Below, piece by piece: positions 18,867 to 28,506 of a stretch of 64,000 nucleotides of DNA. How positions within the stretch are numbered: the stretch's first letter is position 1; the number at the start of each line of letters is the position of its first letter. Location: IMG/VR virus record IMGVR_UViG_3300024344_003081. One strand, 5' to 3'. The stretch comes from a virus. Its lineage: Duplodnaviria > Caudoviricetes. The translations under genes and the position numbers were made by a program. Under the pieces are notes generated by a model, which saw only the letters and a program-made list of their open reading frames with translations, did not search any database and had not been told where the DNA came from.

Positions 18867-19417
18867 TTATTGATTTAAAAGAATTAATAGATGATGATTT
18901 AATTTTTAATTATTTTTCTCATAAAGTTGAAAATGCCCAAAGTCTTACATCATCTTTAAAAACTATTCCAATTAAAAAAGACGGCTATAGAGGATATGAT
19001 TTTTATTGTGATTATCTATCAATGATTTTTCATTTAAAAATTACACCTTTTGTTTCAAAAATTCTAAATAAAGAATTAATACCAACTTTTTGTTTTACAA
19101 GAATGTATTTTGGGGGAAGTAAATTAGATTTTCATACAGATAGGGAAGCATGTGAAATTACTGTATCTCATTGTCATTATGGTAGTCCATGGAAAATATA
19201 TGTTTTAGAAGATGAATTTGTAACAGAAAAAGGAGTAAGTCTTTGTTATGAGGGAGCAAAAAAATCTCATGGTAGAGTTGCTCCAACATTAAATAAAGCA
19301 TTATATTCTTTTTATCATTGGGTTGAAAAAGGTGGAAAATATGATGAATTGAAGTATGATGAATCAGAAAAAATAGAAAAAATTTATAGTCAAACCCTTG
19401 ACAAATTATATATATAA
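18863..19417 (+). CDS. 2OG-Fe(II) oxygenase-like protein
   Basis: HxD motif FHTDREACEITVS and distal HGR. Confidence 0.6.
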   Translation: MIIDLKELIDDDLIFNYFSHKVENAQSLTSSLKTIPIKKDGYRGYDFYCDYLSMIFHLKITPFVSKILNKELIPTFCFTRMYFGGSKLDFHTDREACEITVSHCHYGSPWKIYVLEDEFVTEKGVSLCYEGAKKSHGRVAPTLNKALYSFYHWVEKGGKYDELKYDESEKIEKIYSQTLDKLYI

Positions 19418-19426
19418 GAGTATAAT
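19398..19426 (+). promoter_or_regulatory. sigma70-type promoter of hsp20
   Basis: Perfect TTGACA-17 nt-TATAAT. Confidence 0.85.
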
Positions 19427-19434
19427 TGATCTTA

Positions 19435-19532
19435 TGAGAATTAAAATGAAATTCTCATTGTTGCAATCAGCAACATCCCTCTGGCTTTATTGCAGAGGAT
19501 TAATTAGTTAATCTGCCTATAAAGGAGATAAT
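19435..19532 (+). promoter_or_regulatory. ROSE-like RNA thermometer candidate in the hsp20 5' UTR
   Basis: Four consecutive hairpins; the last pairs UCU(G)CCU with the AGGAGA Shine-Dalgarno, leaving a bulged G. Confidence 0.6.
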
Positions 19533-20000
19533 ATGTATTTAGTACCGAAATCTATCGAAGAACTCAATCGCCAACTATCAATGTCCGTAGGGTTTGATTC
19601 TTTTTTTAATCGTCTATTTGATGATGCTTTTTTAGCGAATAGTTCACAGGGGTATCCTCCTTATAATATTCGCAAAGTGACCGATACAGAGTATGCTATC
19701 GAAATTGCCTTAGCAGGATTTACAAAAGACGACCTAGATATAGAACTTGCAGATGGAACACTTACAATAAAAACAGTTCCAAACGAAAAACAAAATGATG
19801 AAAGTTATTTACATCATGGAATCGCCAAGCGAGTCTTTACCCGAAGATTTAACCTTGCTGATGATGTCATTGTGAAGGGTGCAGATTTGTTCAATGGCTT
19901 GCTTAAAGTTGAGCTGGAGCGAGTTATTCCTGAGGAAAAAAGACCTCGCAAAATTGATATAGATGATGGCGTGAAAGTGGTTGATCACAAAGTTGTGTAA
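19533..20000 (+). CDS. Small heat-shock protein Hsp20 (IbpA-like)
   Basis: GYPPYNI, EIALAGF, YLHHGIAKR, GLLKVELERVIPEEKRPRKI. Confidence 0.95.
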   Translation: MYLVPKSIEELNRQLSMSVGFDSFFNRLFDDAFLANSSQGYPPYNIRKVTDTEYAIEIALAGFTKDDLDIELADGTLTIKTVPNEKQNDESYLHHGIAKRVFTRRFNLADDVIVKGADLFNGLLKVELERVIPEEKRPRKIDIDDGVKVVDHKVV

Positions 20001-20022
20001 AAAAATAACAACTTAAACAAAT

Positions 20023-20056
20023 AAAGGGGGGTCATGATTATGACCTCCTTTTTTTT
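20023..20056 (+). terminator. Intrinsic terminator after hsp20
   Basis: AAAGGGGGGTCAT-GATT-ATGACCTCCTTTT plus T tract. Confidence 0.8.
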
Positions 20057-20069
20057 AGGATTAAATACA

Positions 20070-20534
20070 ATGAAACTCACCAAAAATTTTTCATTCAAAG
20101 AAATGACTTTTTCTGATACTGCTATTAGAAAAAATATAGACAATACTCCAGGTTTAAAAGAAGCAATAAATTTGACAAATGTTTGTAATAATATTTTGCA
20201 ACCTGTAAGAGATCATTTTGGAAAAGTAGTAAGAATTAATTCTGGATATAGATCAGTTAAATTGTGTTTAGCAGTAGGAAGTTCCGCAAAATCTCAACAT
20301 GCAAAAGGAGAGGCCGCGGATTTTGAAATTAATGGTATATCGAATCATGATTTAGCAAAATGGGTTTATAATAATTTAAATTATGATCAAATTATTTTAG
20401 AATACTACGATCCAAAAGGTGATCCCAATAGTGGTTGGGTTCATTGTTCTTATAAAGCTGATGGAACAGGTCGTAAGCAAGCTCTAATTATTAATAAAAA
20501 CACAAAGGGCAAATATCTCCCATGGAAGCCATAG
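20070..20534 (+). CDS. Peptidase M15A (possible endolysin)
   Basis: SGYRS, SQHAKGEAAD, WVH zinc ligands; ATG 20070 preferred because 20034 lies inside the terminator. Confidence 0.85.
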   Translation: MKLTKNFSFKEMTFSDTAIRKNIDNTPGLKEAINLTNVCNNILQPVRDHFGKVVRINSGYRSVKLCLAVGSSAKSQHAKGEAADFEINGISNHDLAKWVYNNLNYDQIILEYYDPKGDPNSGWVHCSYKADGTGRKQALIINKNTKGKYLPWKP

Positions 20535-20606
20535 AAGCATTTTTTTGGAAATGTTATCTGCAATTATTATTCGGACTTCATTTATTAATTCATAAAAAAA
20601 CGTGGA

Positions 20607-20635
20607 TTGACAATCATATTTTATTATGCTATACT
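20607..20635 (+). promoter_or_regulatory. sigma70-type promoter of gp43
   Basis: TTGACA-17 nt-TGn-TATACT. Confidence 0.8.
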
Positions 20636-20691
20636 AATTTAGATAAATTAGGTAGCAATTACGATAAATCCTGGTACTACAAATTCACTAA

Positions 20692-23205
20692 ATGACCTTT
20701 TATACAAATGTTCAAAATTGGGGCGGTAAAATCTATTACAGAGGAATAGATTCTAACGGCATTCACTTCAAAAAAAAGTTGGATTATAATCCAACTCTAT
20801 TCATTAACTCACCAGAACCCACCGAATATAAAACTCTTGAAGGAACATGTCTTGCTCCTGTTGAATGTGGTAATATTAGACAAACAAGAGATTTTATAAA
20901 AAAGTATGAAGGAGTAGAGAATTTTAAAATCTACGGAAATACAAATTATCATTATACTTTTATTACAGATAATTTTCCTGATCAAATAAACTACGATTTA
21001 AGCAAAATAACAGTTGCGAATATTGATATAGAAACTGGTTCGGAAAATGGGTTTCCTAATCCTGAAACTGCTCCTGAACCTGTTACTGCAATAACTATTT
21101 CTTTAAATGGAAAATATTATGTTTTTGGATGTGGTGAATATAAAGTTCATAGGAATGATGTTGAATATTTTGAATGTGAAAATGAATTACATTTACTTCA
21201 AGAATTTATATCATTGTGGTCCAAGCAAGATATAGACATTGTTACTGGTTGGAATATTAAGTTTTTTGATATACCATATCTTGTAAATAGAATGAATTTG
21301 TTATTTGACGAATCATTTTATTATGATTTATCGCCTTGGCAGTTTGTAAGTGAGAGAACGGTGATGGGTTTCGGGGGAGCAAAACAGCAACAAGCATATG
21401 AGCTTATGGGTGTTGCGACTCTTGATTATTTAGATTTATTTCGAAAATTTACTTATACTAATCAAGAATCTTATGCGTTAAATCATATTGCTCATGTTGA
21501 ATTGGGCGAAAGAAAATTAGATTATTCTGAATATGGTTCATTACATACTCTTTGGAAAGAAGATTATCAGAAATTTATAGAGTATAATGTAAAAGATGTT
21601 GAGCTTGTTAATAAATTAGATGATAAAATGAAATTAATTGAAATGGCTATTGTATTAGCATATGATGCCAAAGTAAATTATACAGATGTTTATACACAAG
21701 TTAGAATGTGGGATACTTTAATTTATAATGAATTAAGAAATAAAGGTATACAACTTCCTCCTAAAAAAGATTCAATAAAAGATCGGCCCTATATTGGTGC
21801 TTATGTTAAAGAACCTATTCCTGGAATGTATGAGTGGGTTGCTAGTTTTGATTTGGATAGTTTATATCCACATTTAATCATGCAATATAATATTTCTCCA
21901 GAAACATTACTTACAAAATTTCCTCAAAAATCATTATCTGTTGATAAACTTTTAAATAAAGAAATTAGTACTGATTATGCTAAAACTGAAGATATATGCA
22001 TAGGAGCTAATGGGTTTCATTTTTCAAATGAGCATCAAGGATTTCTTCCAGAAATGATGGAAAGAATGTATGCAGAACGAAAAAAGTTTAAAAAAGATAT
22101 GCTCAAGGCACAACAAGAATTAGAAACAGAAACCGATGGATTGGATAGATTACGACTTATTAAAGAGGTTTCAAGATTAAATAATATGCAGATGGCAAGA
22201 AAGATTCAACTTAATTCTGCTTATGGTGCTTTAGGTAATCAATATTTTAGATTTTATGATGAAAGACAAGCAACGGCTATCACGACTGGTGGACAGCTTT
22301 CAATTAGATGGGTTGAGAATGATGTTAATCGATATTTGAATAAAATTCTCAAAACAGAAAATAAAGATTATATTATAGCCGCTGATACTGATTCGATTTA
22401 TCTAGGTTTAGATGATTTAGTTAAATCTGTTTTTACTGATACAAGCGATAAAGAAAAAATTATTAAATTTTTAGATAAGGTATGTGAAACAAAAATACAA
22501 GATTGTATAAATGATTCATTCAATCGATTGCATGTATATATGAATGCATTTGAACAAAAAATGAATATGTCTAGAGAAGTTCTAGCAGATAAAGCGGTTT
22601 GGACTGGTAAGAAACATTATATTATGAATGTTCATAATTCTGAGGGAGTACAGTATACTAAACCTAAATTAAAAGTAATGGGTATAGAGTCAGTAAAATC
22701 TTCAACTCCAGCAGTTTGTAGAGAAAAATTAAAACAGTCTTTTGATATTCTTATGAATGGGACTGAAGACCAAATGCAGAAATTTATTGAAGAATTTAAG
22801 GAATCATTCCAAACACTTCCTCCAGAAGATATTGCATTTCCAAGATCAGTTAAGGGAATTGACAAATATAGTGATAGTGTGTTATTATATAAGAAAGGCA
22901 CGCCTATACATGTAAAGGGAACAATCATACATAATAAATTACTGAAAGAACATAAACTTATAAAGAAATATCAAATTATTCAAGAGGGAGAAAAGATTAA
23001 ATTTTCTTATCTTAAAGAACCGAATCCTGTAGGAGATACTGTAATTAGTATGGGAACAGTATTGCCTTCAGAGTTTGGTTTACATGAATATATAAATTAT
23101 AATATGCAATTTGAAAAGTCTTTTTTAGAGCCGTTAAAAAATATATTAAAATGTGTTGGATGGGAACATGAAAAAAGAAGTACACTTGAAGATTTTTTTA
23201 TTTAA
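20692..23205 (+). CDS. gp43: Family B DNA polymerase gp43
   Basis: Exo DIET, FDLDSLYP, KIQLNSAYG, AADTDS, C-terminal clamp-binding LEDFF; uninterrupted. Confidence 0.97.
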   Translation: MTFYTNVQNWGGKIYYRGIDSNGIHFKKKLDYNPTLFINSPEPTEYKTLEGTCLAPVECGNIRQTRDFIKKYEGVENFKIYGNTNYHYTFITDNFPDQINYDLSKITVANIDIETGSENGFPNPETAPEPVTAITISLNGKYYVFGCGEYKVHRNDVEYFECENELHLLQEFISLWSKQDIDIVTGWNIKFFDIPYLVNRMNLLFDESFYYDLSPWQFVSERTVMGFGGAKQQQAYELMGVATLDYLDLFRKFTYTNQESYALNHIAHVELGERKLDYSEYGSLHTLWKEDYQKFIEYNVKDVELVNKLDDKMKLIEMAIVLAYDAKVNYTDVYTQVRMWDTLIYNELRNKGIQLPPKKDSIKDRPYIGAYVKEPIPGMYEWVASFDLDSLYPHLIMQYNISPETLLTKFPQKSLSVDKLLNKEISTDYAKTEDICIGANGFHFSNEHQGFLPEMMERMYAERKKFKKDMLKAQQELETETDGLDRLRLIKEVSRLNNMQMARKIQLNSAYGALGNQYFRFYDERQATAITTGGQLSIRWVENDVNRYLNKILKTENKDYIIAADTDSIYLGLDDLVKSVFTDTSDKEKIIKFLDKVCETKIQDCINDSFNRLHVYMNAFEQKMNMSREVLADKAVWTGKKHYIMNVHNSEGVQYTKPKLKVMGIESVKSSTPAVCREKLKQSFDILMNGTEDQMQKFIEEFKESFQTLPPEDIAFPRSVKGIDKYSDSVLLYKKGTPIHVKGTIIHNKLLKEHKLIKKYQIIQEGEKIKFSYLKEPNPVGDTVISMGTVLPSEFGLHEYINYNMQFEKSFLEPLKNILKCVGWEHEKRSTLEDFFI

Positions 23206-23214
23206 GGAGATATA

Positions 23215-24270
23215 ATGAGTTTTTTAAAAGAATATATTAAGGAGGTGGGGAATGAATATGCTGGATTGGTTTCAGATGGTATTGAAGCAGGCGATGTTGA
23301 ATCTTTCATTGATACTGGCAGTTATGCTTTTAATGCTTTACTTAGTGGCTCAATATATGGAGGTTTGGCCTCAAACAAAATTACAGCATTCGCTGGAGAA
23401 AGTGCAACTGGGAAAACATTCTTTGTACTCGGTATTGTCAAACAATTTTTGGAAGACAATCCTACTGGTGGCGTTCTTTATTTTGAGTCTGAATCTGCTA
23501 TAACAAGACAAATGATTGAGCAACGAGAAATAGATACTACTCGTATGGTTATGTTACCTGTTGCTACAATTCAAGAGTTTGCATATCAAGTTACAAAGGT
23601 TCTTGATAAACATCTTGCTAGTGAAGATAGAAAGCCTTTGATGATATGTCTTGATAGTCTTGGTATGTTATCTACTTCAAAAGAGGTGGGAGATGTTGCA
23701 GAAGGTAAAGAGACAAAAGATATGACAAGAGCCGCACTTGTAAAAGGAACATTTAGAGTATTAACACTTAAAGCAAGTAAAGCAAAAGTTCCTGTATTAA
23801 TTACAAATCATACTTATAGTCAAATTGGTGTGATGTTTCCACAGCAAATTATGGGTGGTGGTACTGGTCTTTATTATGCTTCAAGTAATATTGTATTTCT
23901 TTCAAAAAGAAAAGAAAAAGAAGGTACAGAAGTAATAGGTAATATTATTCATTGCAAAAATCATAAGTCTAGATTGACAGTAGAAAATAAAATGGTTGAT
24001 GCATTAGTGACTTATAATAAAGGATTAGATCGTTGGCATGGTATGTTAGAACTTGCTGAAGAAGCTGGTATTTTTACTAAAGTGTCAACAAGATTTGAGC
24101 TTCCAGATGGTACAAAATTATTTGGAAAACAAATTATGCAAGATCCTGAAAAACATTTTACTGAAGAAGTAATGTTAAAAATCGACAAATATTGTCAGGA
24201 GAAATTTCTATATGGAACAACAAAAGACAATGAAGAAGTGGTACACGATGGTGAAGAATCCTCAGAATGA
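23215..24270 (+). CDS. uvsX: UvsX RecA-like recombinase
   Basis: [19 protein letters not shown]. Confidence 0.95.
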   Translation: MSFLKEYIKEVGNEYAGLVSDGIEAGDVESFIDTGSYAFNALLSGSIYGGLASNKITAFAGESATGKTFFVLGIVKQFLEDNPTGGVLYFESESAITRQMIEQREIDTTRMVMLPVATIQEFAYQVTKVLDKHLASEDRKPLMICLDSLGMLSTSKEVGDVAEGKETKDMTRAALVKGTFRVLTLKASKAKVPVLITNHTYSQIGVMFPQQIMGGGTGLYYASSNIVFLSKRKEKEGTEVIGNIIHCKNHKSRLTVENKMVDALVTYNKGLDRWHGMLELAEEAGIFTKVSTRFELPDGTKLFGKQIMQDPEKHFTEEVMLKIDKYCQEKFLYGTTKDNEEVVHDGEESSE

Positions 24271-24577
24271 AGAGGATGACCAATTCGCTTTTGCTATCAC
24301 TAAAGGTAAATTTAAAGATGTAGTTTATAAGTATAATCGATTTGGATTAATAGAACCAGATGCAGAACAAGAAGAGTTGAAATATCGGTTCGAATATGAT
24401 ATACTTGAAATACCTGGAGAAATCAGAGATAAGAAATATTCTGATACTGAGGGTGTAGAATTTGAAAAATTAATAGGCGACATTTTAATAGAAGTAATTC
24501 AAGAAAACATAGATTTAAATACAAACGAAGATGACGAGGATAGAGGACACGATACTGAAGAATCTGATATTCAATGA
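24248..24577 (+). CDS. Hypothetical protein between uvsX and gp41 (position of T4 gp40)
   Basis: ORF overlapping both neighbours; start uncertain. Confidence 0.55.
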   Translation: MVKNPQNEEDDQFAFAITKGKFKDVVYKYNRFGLIEPDAEQEELKYRFEYDILEIPGEIRDKKYSDTEGVEFEKLIGDILIEVIQENIDLNTNEDDEDRGHDTEESDIQ

Positions 24578-25970
24578 TGAATATACCAGAAAATCTCTTC
24601 CATATTTAAAAAAAGAATATTTTACAGATCATAATGATAAATTTCTTTTTGAAGAAATAGAAAATTATGTGAATAGTTTTAATGTTCTTCCTACCAAAGA
24701 AGCCCTAATTATAGAAGTTGGAAATAATTCGAAACTTACTGAAGATCAATTTACTGATGTTTCTAAAAAAGTTACAGAATATTTCGATAATAAAGAAGAT
24801 ACAGAAACAGATTGGTTACTTGAAACTACTGAAAGATTTTGTCAAGATAAAGCAATTTATAATGCAGTACTTGAATCGATAGGTATTATTGATGATCAAA
24901 AAGAAACACAAAAAGATAAAGGAGCTATACCAGAAATTTTATCTGATGCTCTTTCTGTTTCTTTTGATCCTAACATAGGTCACGATTACATTGAAGATTC
25001 GAATGAACGGTTCGAATTTTATCACAAAGTTGAAGAAAAGATACCTTTTGATTTAGATTATTTTAATAAAATAACTAAGGGCGGTTTATCCAAAAAAACT
25101 TTGAATGTCACTCTTGCTGGTGTAGGTGTTGGAAAGTCATTATTCATGTGTCATCATGCGGCTTCTGCAATTGCTCAAGGATTAAATGTTTTATATATTA
25201 CTCTTGAAATGGCTGAAGAAAAGATTGCAGAAAGAATTGATGCAAATTTAATGAATATTACGATAGATGATTTACATGATATACCTAAAGATATGTTTGA
25301 TAAAAAAATAAAAAAAGTTAAAAAATCAACATCAGGTAGATTGATTGTTAAAGAATATCCCCCCGCTTCTGCGAATGTAAATCATTTTAGAAATTTATTG
25401 AATGAATTAAAATTAAAAAGAAAATTTGTACCTGAAATTATATTCATAGATTACTTAAATATTATGGCTTCATCCAGATTGAAGTATGGTAATACTGTAA
25501 ATTCTTATAATTATATTAAATCTATTGCGGAAGAAGTACGTGGTCTTGCAGTTGAAAACAATCTTCCTATTTGTTCTGCTACACAAACAACTAGATCAGG
25601 ATTTACAGATACAGATTTTGGACTTGAAGATACTTCTGAATCATTTGGATTGCCAGCAACTGCAGATTTTATGTTTGCTTTAATTAGTACAGAAGAATTA
25701 GAAGAACTTGATCAAATTTTAATTAAACAATTGAAAAATCGTTATAGTGATCCTGGTAAAAATAAAAGATTTGTAATTGGAATTGATAGAGCAAAAATGA
25801 AATTATATGATCTTGAAGAAACTGCACAAGATGATTTAGTTACGAGGTCTACACAAAAGAAAAAGCCAAGATTCAGCAAAAAAGATAAAGATGATGATCC
25901 AGTATTTGATGTTGGAACAAATAATAGAATGAAAAGAAAGAAAGATTTCTCGGAATTTTCCTTTAATTAG
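24531..25970 (+). CDS. gp41: Replicative DNA helicase gp41
   Basis: AGVGVGKS, LEMAEE, FIDYL, ATQTTR, SESFG, KNRY. Confidence 0.96.
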   Translation: MTRIEDTILKNLIFNDEYTRKSLPYLKKEYFTDHNDKFLFEEIENYVNSFNVLPTKEALIIEVGNNSKLTEDQFTDVSKKVTEYFDNKEDTETDWLLETTERFCQDKAIYNAVLESIGIIDDQKETQKDKGAIPEILSDALSVSFDPNIGHDYIEDSNERFEFYHKVEEKIPFDLDYFNKITKGGLSKKTLNVTLAGVGVGKSLFMCHHAASAIAQGLNVLYITLEMAEEKIAERIDANLMNITIDDLHDIPKDMFDKKIKKVKKSTSGRLIVKEYPPASANVNHFRNLLNELKLKRKFVPEIIFIDYLNIMASSRLKYGNTVNSYNYIKSIAEEVRGLAVENNLPICSATQTTRSGFTDTDFGLEDTSESFGLPATADFMFALISTEELEELDQILIKQLKNRYSDPGKNKRFVIGIDRAKMKLYDLEETAQDDLVTRSTQKKKPRFSKKDKDDDPVFDVGTNNRMKRKKDFSEFSFN

Positions 25971-25971
25971 C

Positions 25972-25999
25972 TTGACATAATTTCTCATTTTGATATAAT
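25972..25999 (+). promoter_or_regulatory. sigma70-type promoter
   Basis: TTGACA-16 nt-TGn-TATAAT. Confidence 0.7.
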
Positions 26000-26057
26000 A
26001 ATAGTGTATTGGTTGAGTTAGAAGCTCTTTTTGTTAATCTCAAATAAATGAGGTGAT

Positions 26058-26777
26058 ATGTATAAGTATATTATGATAATTACAGTTGCATTAACAATAT
26101 TTTCGGGCTGTGCCCCAAAAAATTATGCTGTAGCTGGTAGTAATAAAATAGGATTACCATTTGGTACTGTTCTTACAGTTGGTGGTAAAAAAATGATTGT
26201 AGTCAGTCAAGAAACTCAAGAAGTAAGATTAAAACCTTATATAGTAGAAAAAACATCTGTATCTATGACAGGTGTTAAAGCAGAAGAACCCAAAGGCAAT
26301 ATAGTAAAACCAGAGTGGGACAGTAAAAAAGTTGTTACAGAAGGAGTAAAAACTGTTCAAGAATGTCAAGATCCACGAGGATGTCCTCAGGATGTTGCAA
26401 CTGGTGAATGTCTTGAAGGGTGTTCTGAACAAAAAGTAAAAGTTGAAATGACAGAAACAATTGTTACTCCAGCAATGCAAGTAGAAGTGACTAAACCAGT
26501 TTCAGATACACTTGATCCTGAGTTAGTTCTTGAAGTATTCTTTAAATTCGAACCAACCATAGGTACCCCTAAATCTCTAAAAGGAATGTGGGCGAATTAC
26601 TATGGTAAACCCGAATGGTTATGTGTAATGATAAATTTTTCAGGAACTACACGAACTAAAGTATTATTAACAAAACTTCTCCATTCCAACCCCAAATTTC
26701 TCAAAATGTGCAATACGGCATTTCCCCGCAATGACAATTTCTGGAATCACCTTCCAAAGTCAAAATTCTACAATTAA
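26058..26777 (+). CDS. Putative lipoprotein
   Basis: Signal peptide with lipobox FSGC; Cys cluster CQDPRGCPQDVATGECLEGC. Confidence 0.6.
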   Translation: MYKYIMIITVALTIFSGCAPKNYAVAGSNKIGLPFGTVLTVGGKKMIVVSQETQEVRLKPYIVEKTSVSMTGVKAEEPKGNIVKPEWDSKKVVTEGVKTVQECQDPRGCPQDVATGECLEGCSEQKVKVEMTETIVTPAMQVEVTKPVSDTLDPELVLEVFFKFEPTIGTPKSLKGMWANYYGKPEWLCVMINFSGTTRTKVLLTKLLHSNPKFLKMCNTAFPRNDNFWNHLPKSKFYN

Positions 26778-26798
26778 ACAATCCTCAATTAGATAATA

Positions 26799-26806
26799 TA
26801 ATAAAT
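26799..26806 (+). promoter_or_regulatory. T4-type late promoter TATAAATA
   Basis: Exact consensus at the start of the late gene block. Confidence 0.75.
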
Positions 26807-26849
26807 AGTTAGTGACTATTTATGTTTATATTACAGTACTTAGAGGAAA

Positions 26850-28085
26850 ATGATCGATTTTAAAGATTTTTTGCTAGAATCTCAGGGTGCTAACAAGCAC
26901 CTTGAGCATATAGAAGATGAAGTTTTAAATGGTGGTTTCGATGGTGTGAAAAAGGCAATCACCTATTTAAGTTCATTAGGATCAACTTTAAAGGGTTCTT
27001 CTTCTAAAAAAATTACAATAACGACCAAATGGGATGGAGCGCCAGCAATTGTAGCTGGAATAGATCCTGAGACTAAAAAGTTTTTTGTAGCAACTAAACA
27101 TGGAGCATTTGCTAAAGAACCTAAATTAAATTTTTCAGATGAAGATATTGAAAATAATCATGAAGCAACAGGATTGCAAGATGTATTAAAAGATTCATTA
27201 AAATATCTTAAAGATATTGGAATGGATGGTGTTTATCAAGGAGATTTATTATATAGTCCACAGAAATCTAAAACACTACAGAATATAGATGGTGAATCGC
27301 ATGTTGTTTTTACTCCAAATACTATAACATATGCGATTAAATTAAGAAGTGACTTGGGTAGAAAAATAACTGCTTCAAAATTGGGCATTGTTTGGCATAC
27401 AAAATATGTCGGTGAAAAAGTAAATCAGATGGATGCTACATTTGATGTAAATGTTGATAATTTTAAACAAACATCAGATGTATGGTTTAAAGATGCTGAA
27501 TATGAAAAAATGGATGGAATAGCATCTTTTACTAAAGAGGAAACTGAAAAATATTTTAATGTACTTTCGATGGCAGGTAGAGTATTTAGAACTCTTAATA
27601 AAAAACTGTTAGACGGTATTAAAGATGATAAATACTTAAATACACAGATTAAAGCATTTGCTAATTTTAAAATAAGACAAGGTATGCCCATTGGAAATGT
27701 TAATAGTCATGTTATTGGTTTGATTAGATATTTACAAAATAAGTTAGATAAAGAGGTTGATAAATTAAAATCAGTAAGAGGTAAAGAAAATAGGCGTAAA
27801 AAAAATGAAGATATTTTAAAATTTTTTACTGGGAATAAGACTGCTTTGAAAAATATGTTTCAAATGCAAAATATTCTTATAGCCGCTAAAATGATAGTAA
27901 TTAAGAAATTACAAGATATTCAGCCTTTGACAAAAACGTTTATACAAACCGATAAAGGTTTTGAAATTACAAATCCAGAAGGATTTGTTGCAGTTACATT
28001 AGATGATGGAGCGGTAAAATTAGTAGATAGACTAGAGTTTTCTAGACAAAATTTTTTAGCACCAAAAACATTTGGGAGTCGTTAA
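26850..28085 (+). CDS. Conserved T4-like phage protein (DUF6267-like)
   Basis: HLEHIED, KWDGAPA, QGDLLY, FTPNTITY, EGFV, VKLVDRLEFSRQNF; family recalled, not searched. Confidence 0.65.
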   Translation: MIDFKDFLLESQGANKHLEHIEDEVLNGGFDGVKKAITYLSSLGSTLKGSSSKKITITTKWDGAPAIVAGIDPETKKFFVATKHGAFAKEPKLNFSDEDIENNHEATGLQDVLKDSLKYLKDIGMDGVYQGDLLYSPQKSKTLQNIDGESHVVFTPNTITYAIKLRSDLGRKITASKLGIVWHTKYVGEKVNQMDATFDVNVDNFKQTSDVWFKDAEYEKMDGIASFTKEETEKYFNVLSMAGRVFRTLNKKLLDGIKDDKYLNTQIKAFANFKIRQGMPIGNVNSHVIGLIRYLQNKLDKEVDKLKSVRGKENRRKKNEDILKFFTGNKTALKNMFQMQNILIAAKMIVIKKLQDIQPLTKTFIQTDKGFEITNPEGFVAVTLDDGAVKLVDRLEFSRQNFLAPKTFGSR

Positions 28086-28498
28086 TGCAAGTAGCAGAAC
28101 AGGGTCTTTTAGACAGATTAGGCGAATCTTATATGAATATAGCATTGTCAGAAGATGTCGATGCACGATTAAAAAGATTAGCAAGAGAAGGATTAATCGG
28201 TAAACAAGAATATGCATTGTTTCTTAAAACAATGAAAGATTTGGAAGATGATAAAAAACCAAATCCAAAACAAAGAATGCTGATTATAAGAATTTTTGAT
28301 AAAATGCTTGCTCTCATTATGGGCGATAAAGTTGTATATCAAAAAATATTACAAACTGTTAAAAAAGGCAAAAAAGATAAAGCAAAAGTAGCAGAAGAAG
28401 CCTTTAGAGATACACACACCACAGTTGTTCATGGTGGAACAGAATTTTATGTTAATGCTGAGAACAAATTAGTGGAAATGCCATCTTCATTTGAATAA
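28085..28498 (+). CDS. Hypothetical protein
   Basis: ORF coupled to the upstream gene. Confidence 0.6.
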   Translation: MQVAEQGLLDRLGESYMNIALSEDVDARLKRLAREGLIGKQEYALFLKTMKDLEDDKKPNPKQRMLIIRIFDKMLALIMGDKVVYQKILQTVKKGKKDKAKVAEEAFRDTHTTVVHGGTEFYVNAENKLVEMPSSFE

Positions 28499-28506
28499 AT
28501 AATTCT

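Noticed and set aside
20034-20069. N-terminal extension of the M15 peptidase
   Set aside because: Overlaps the hsp20 terminator hairpin; ATG 20070 is the more plausible start
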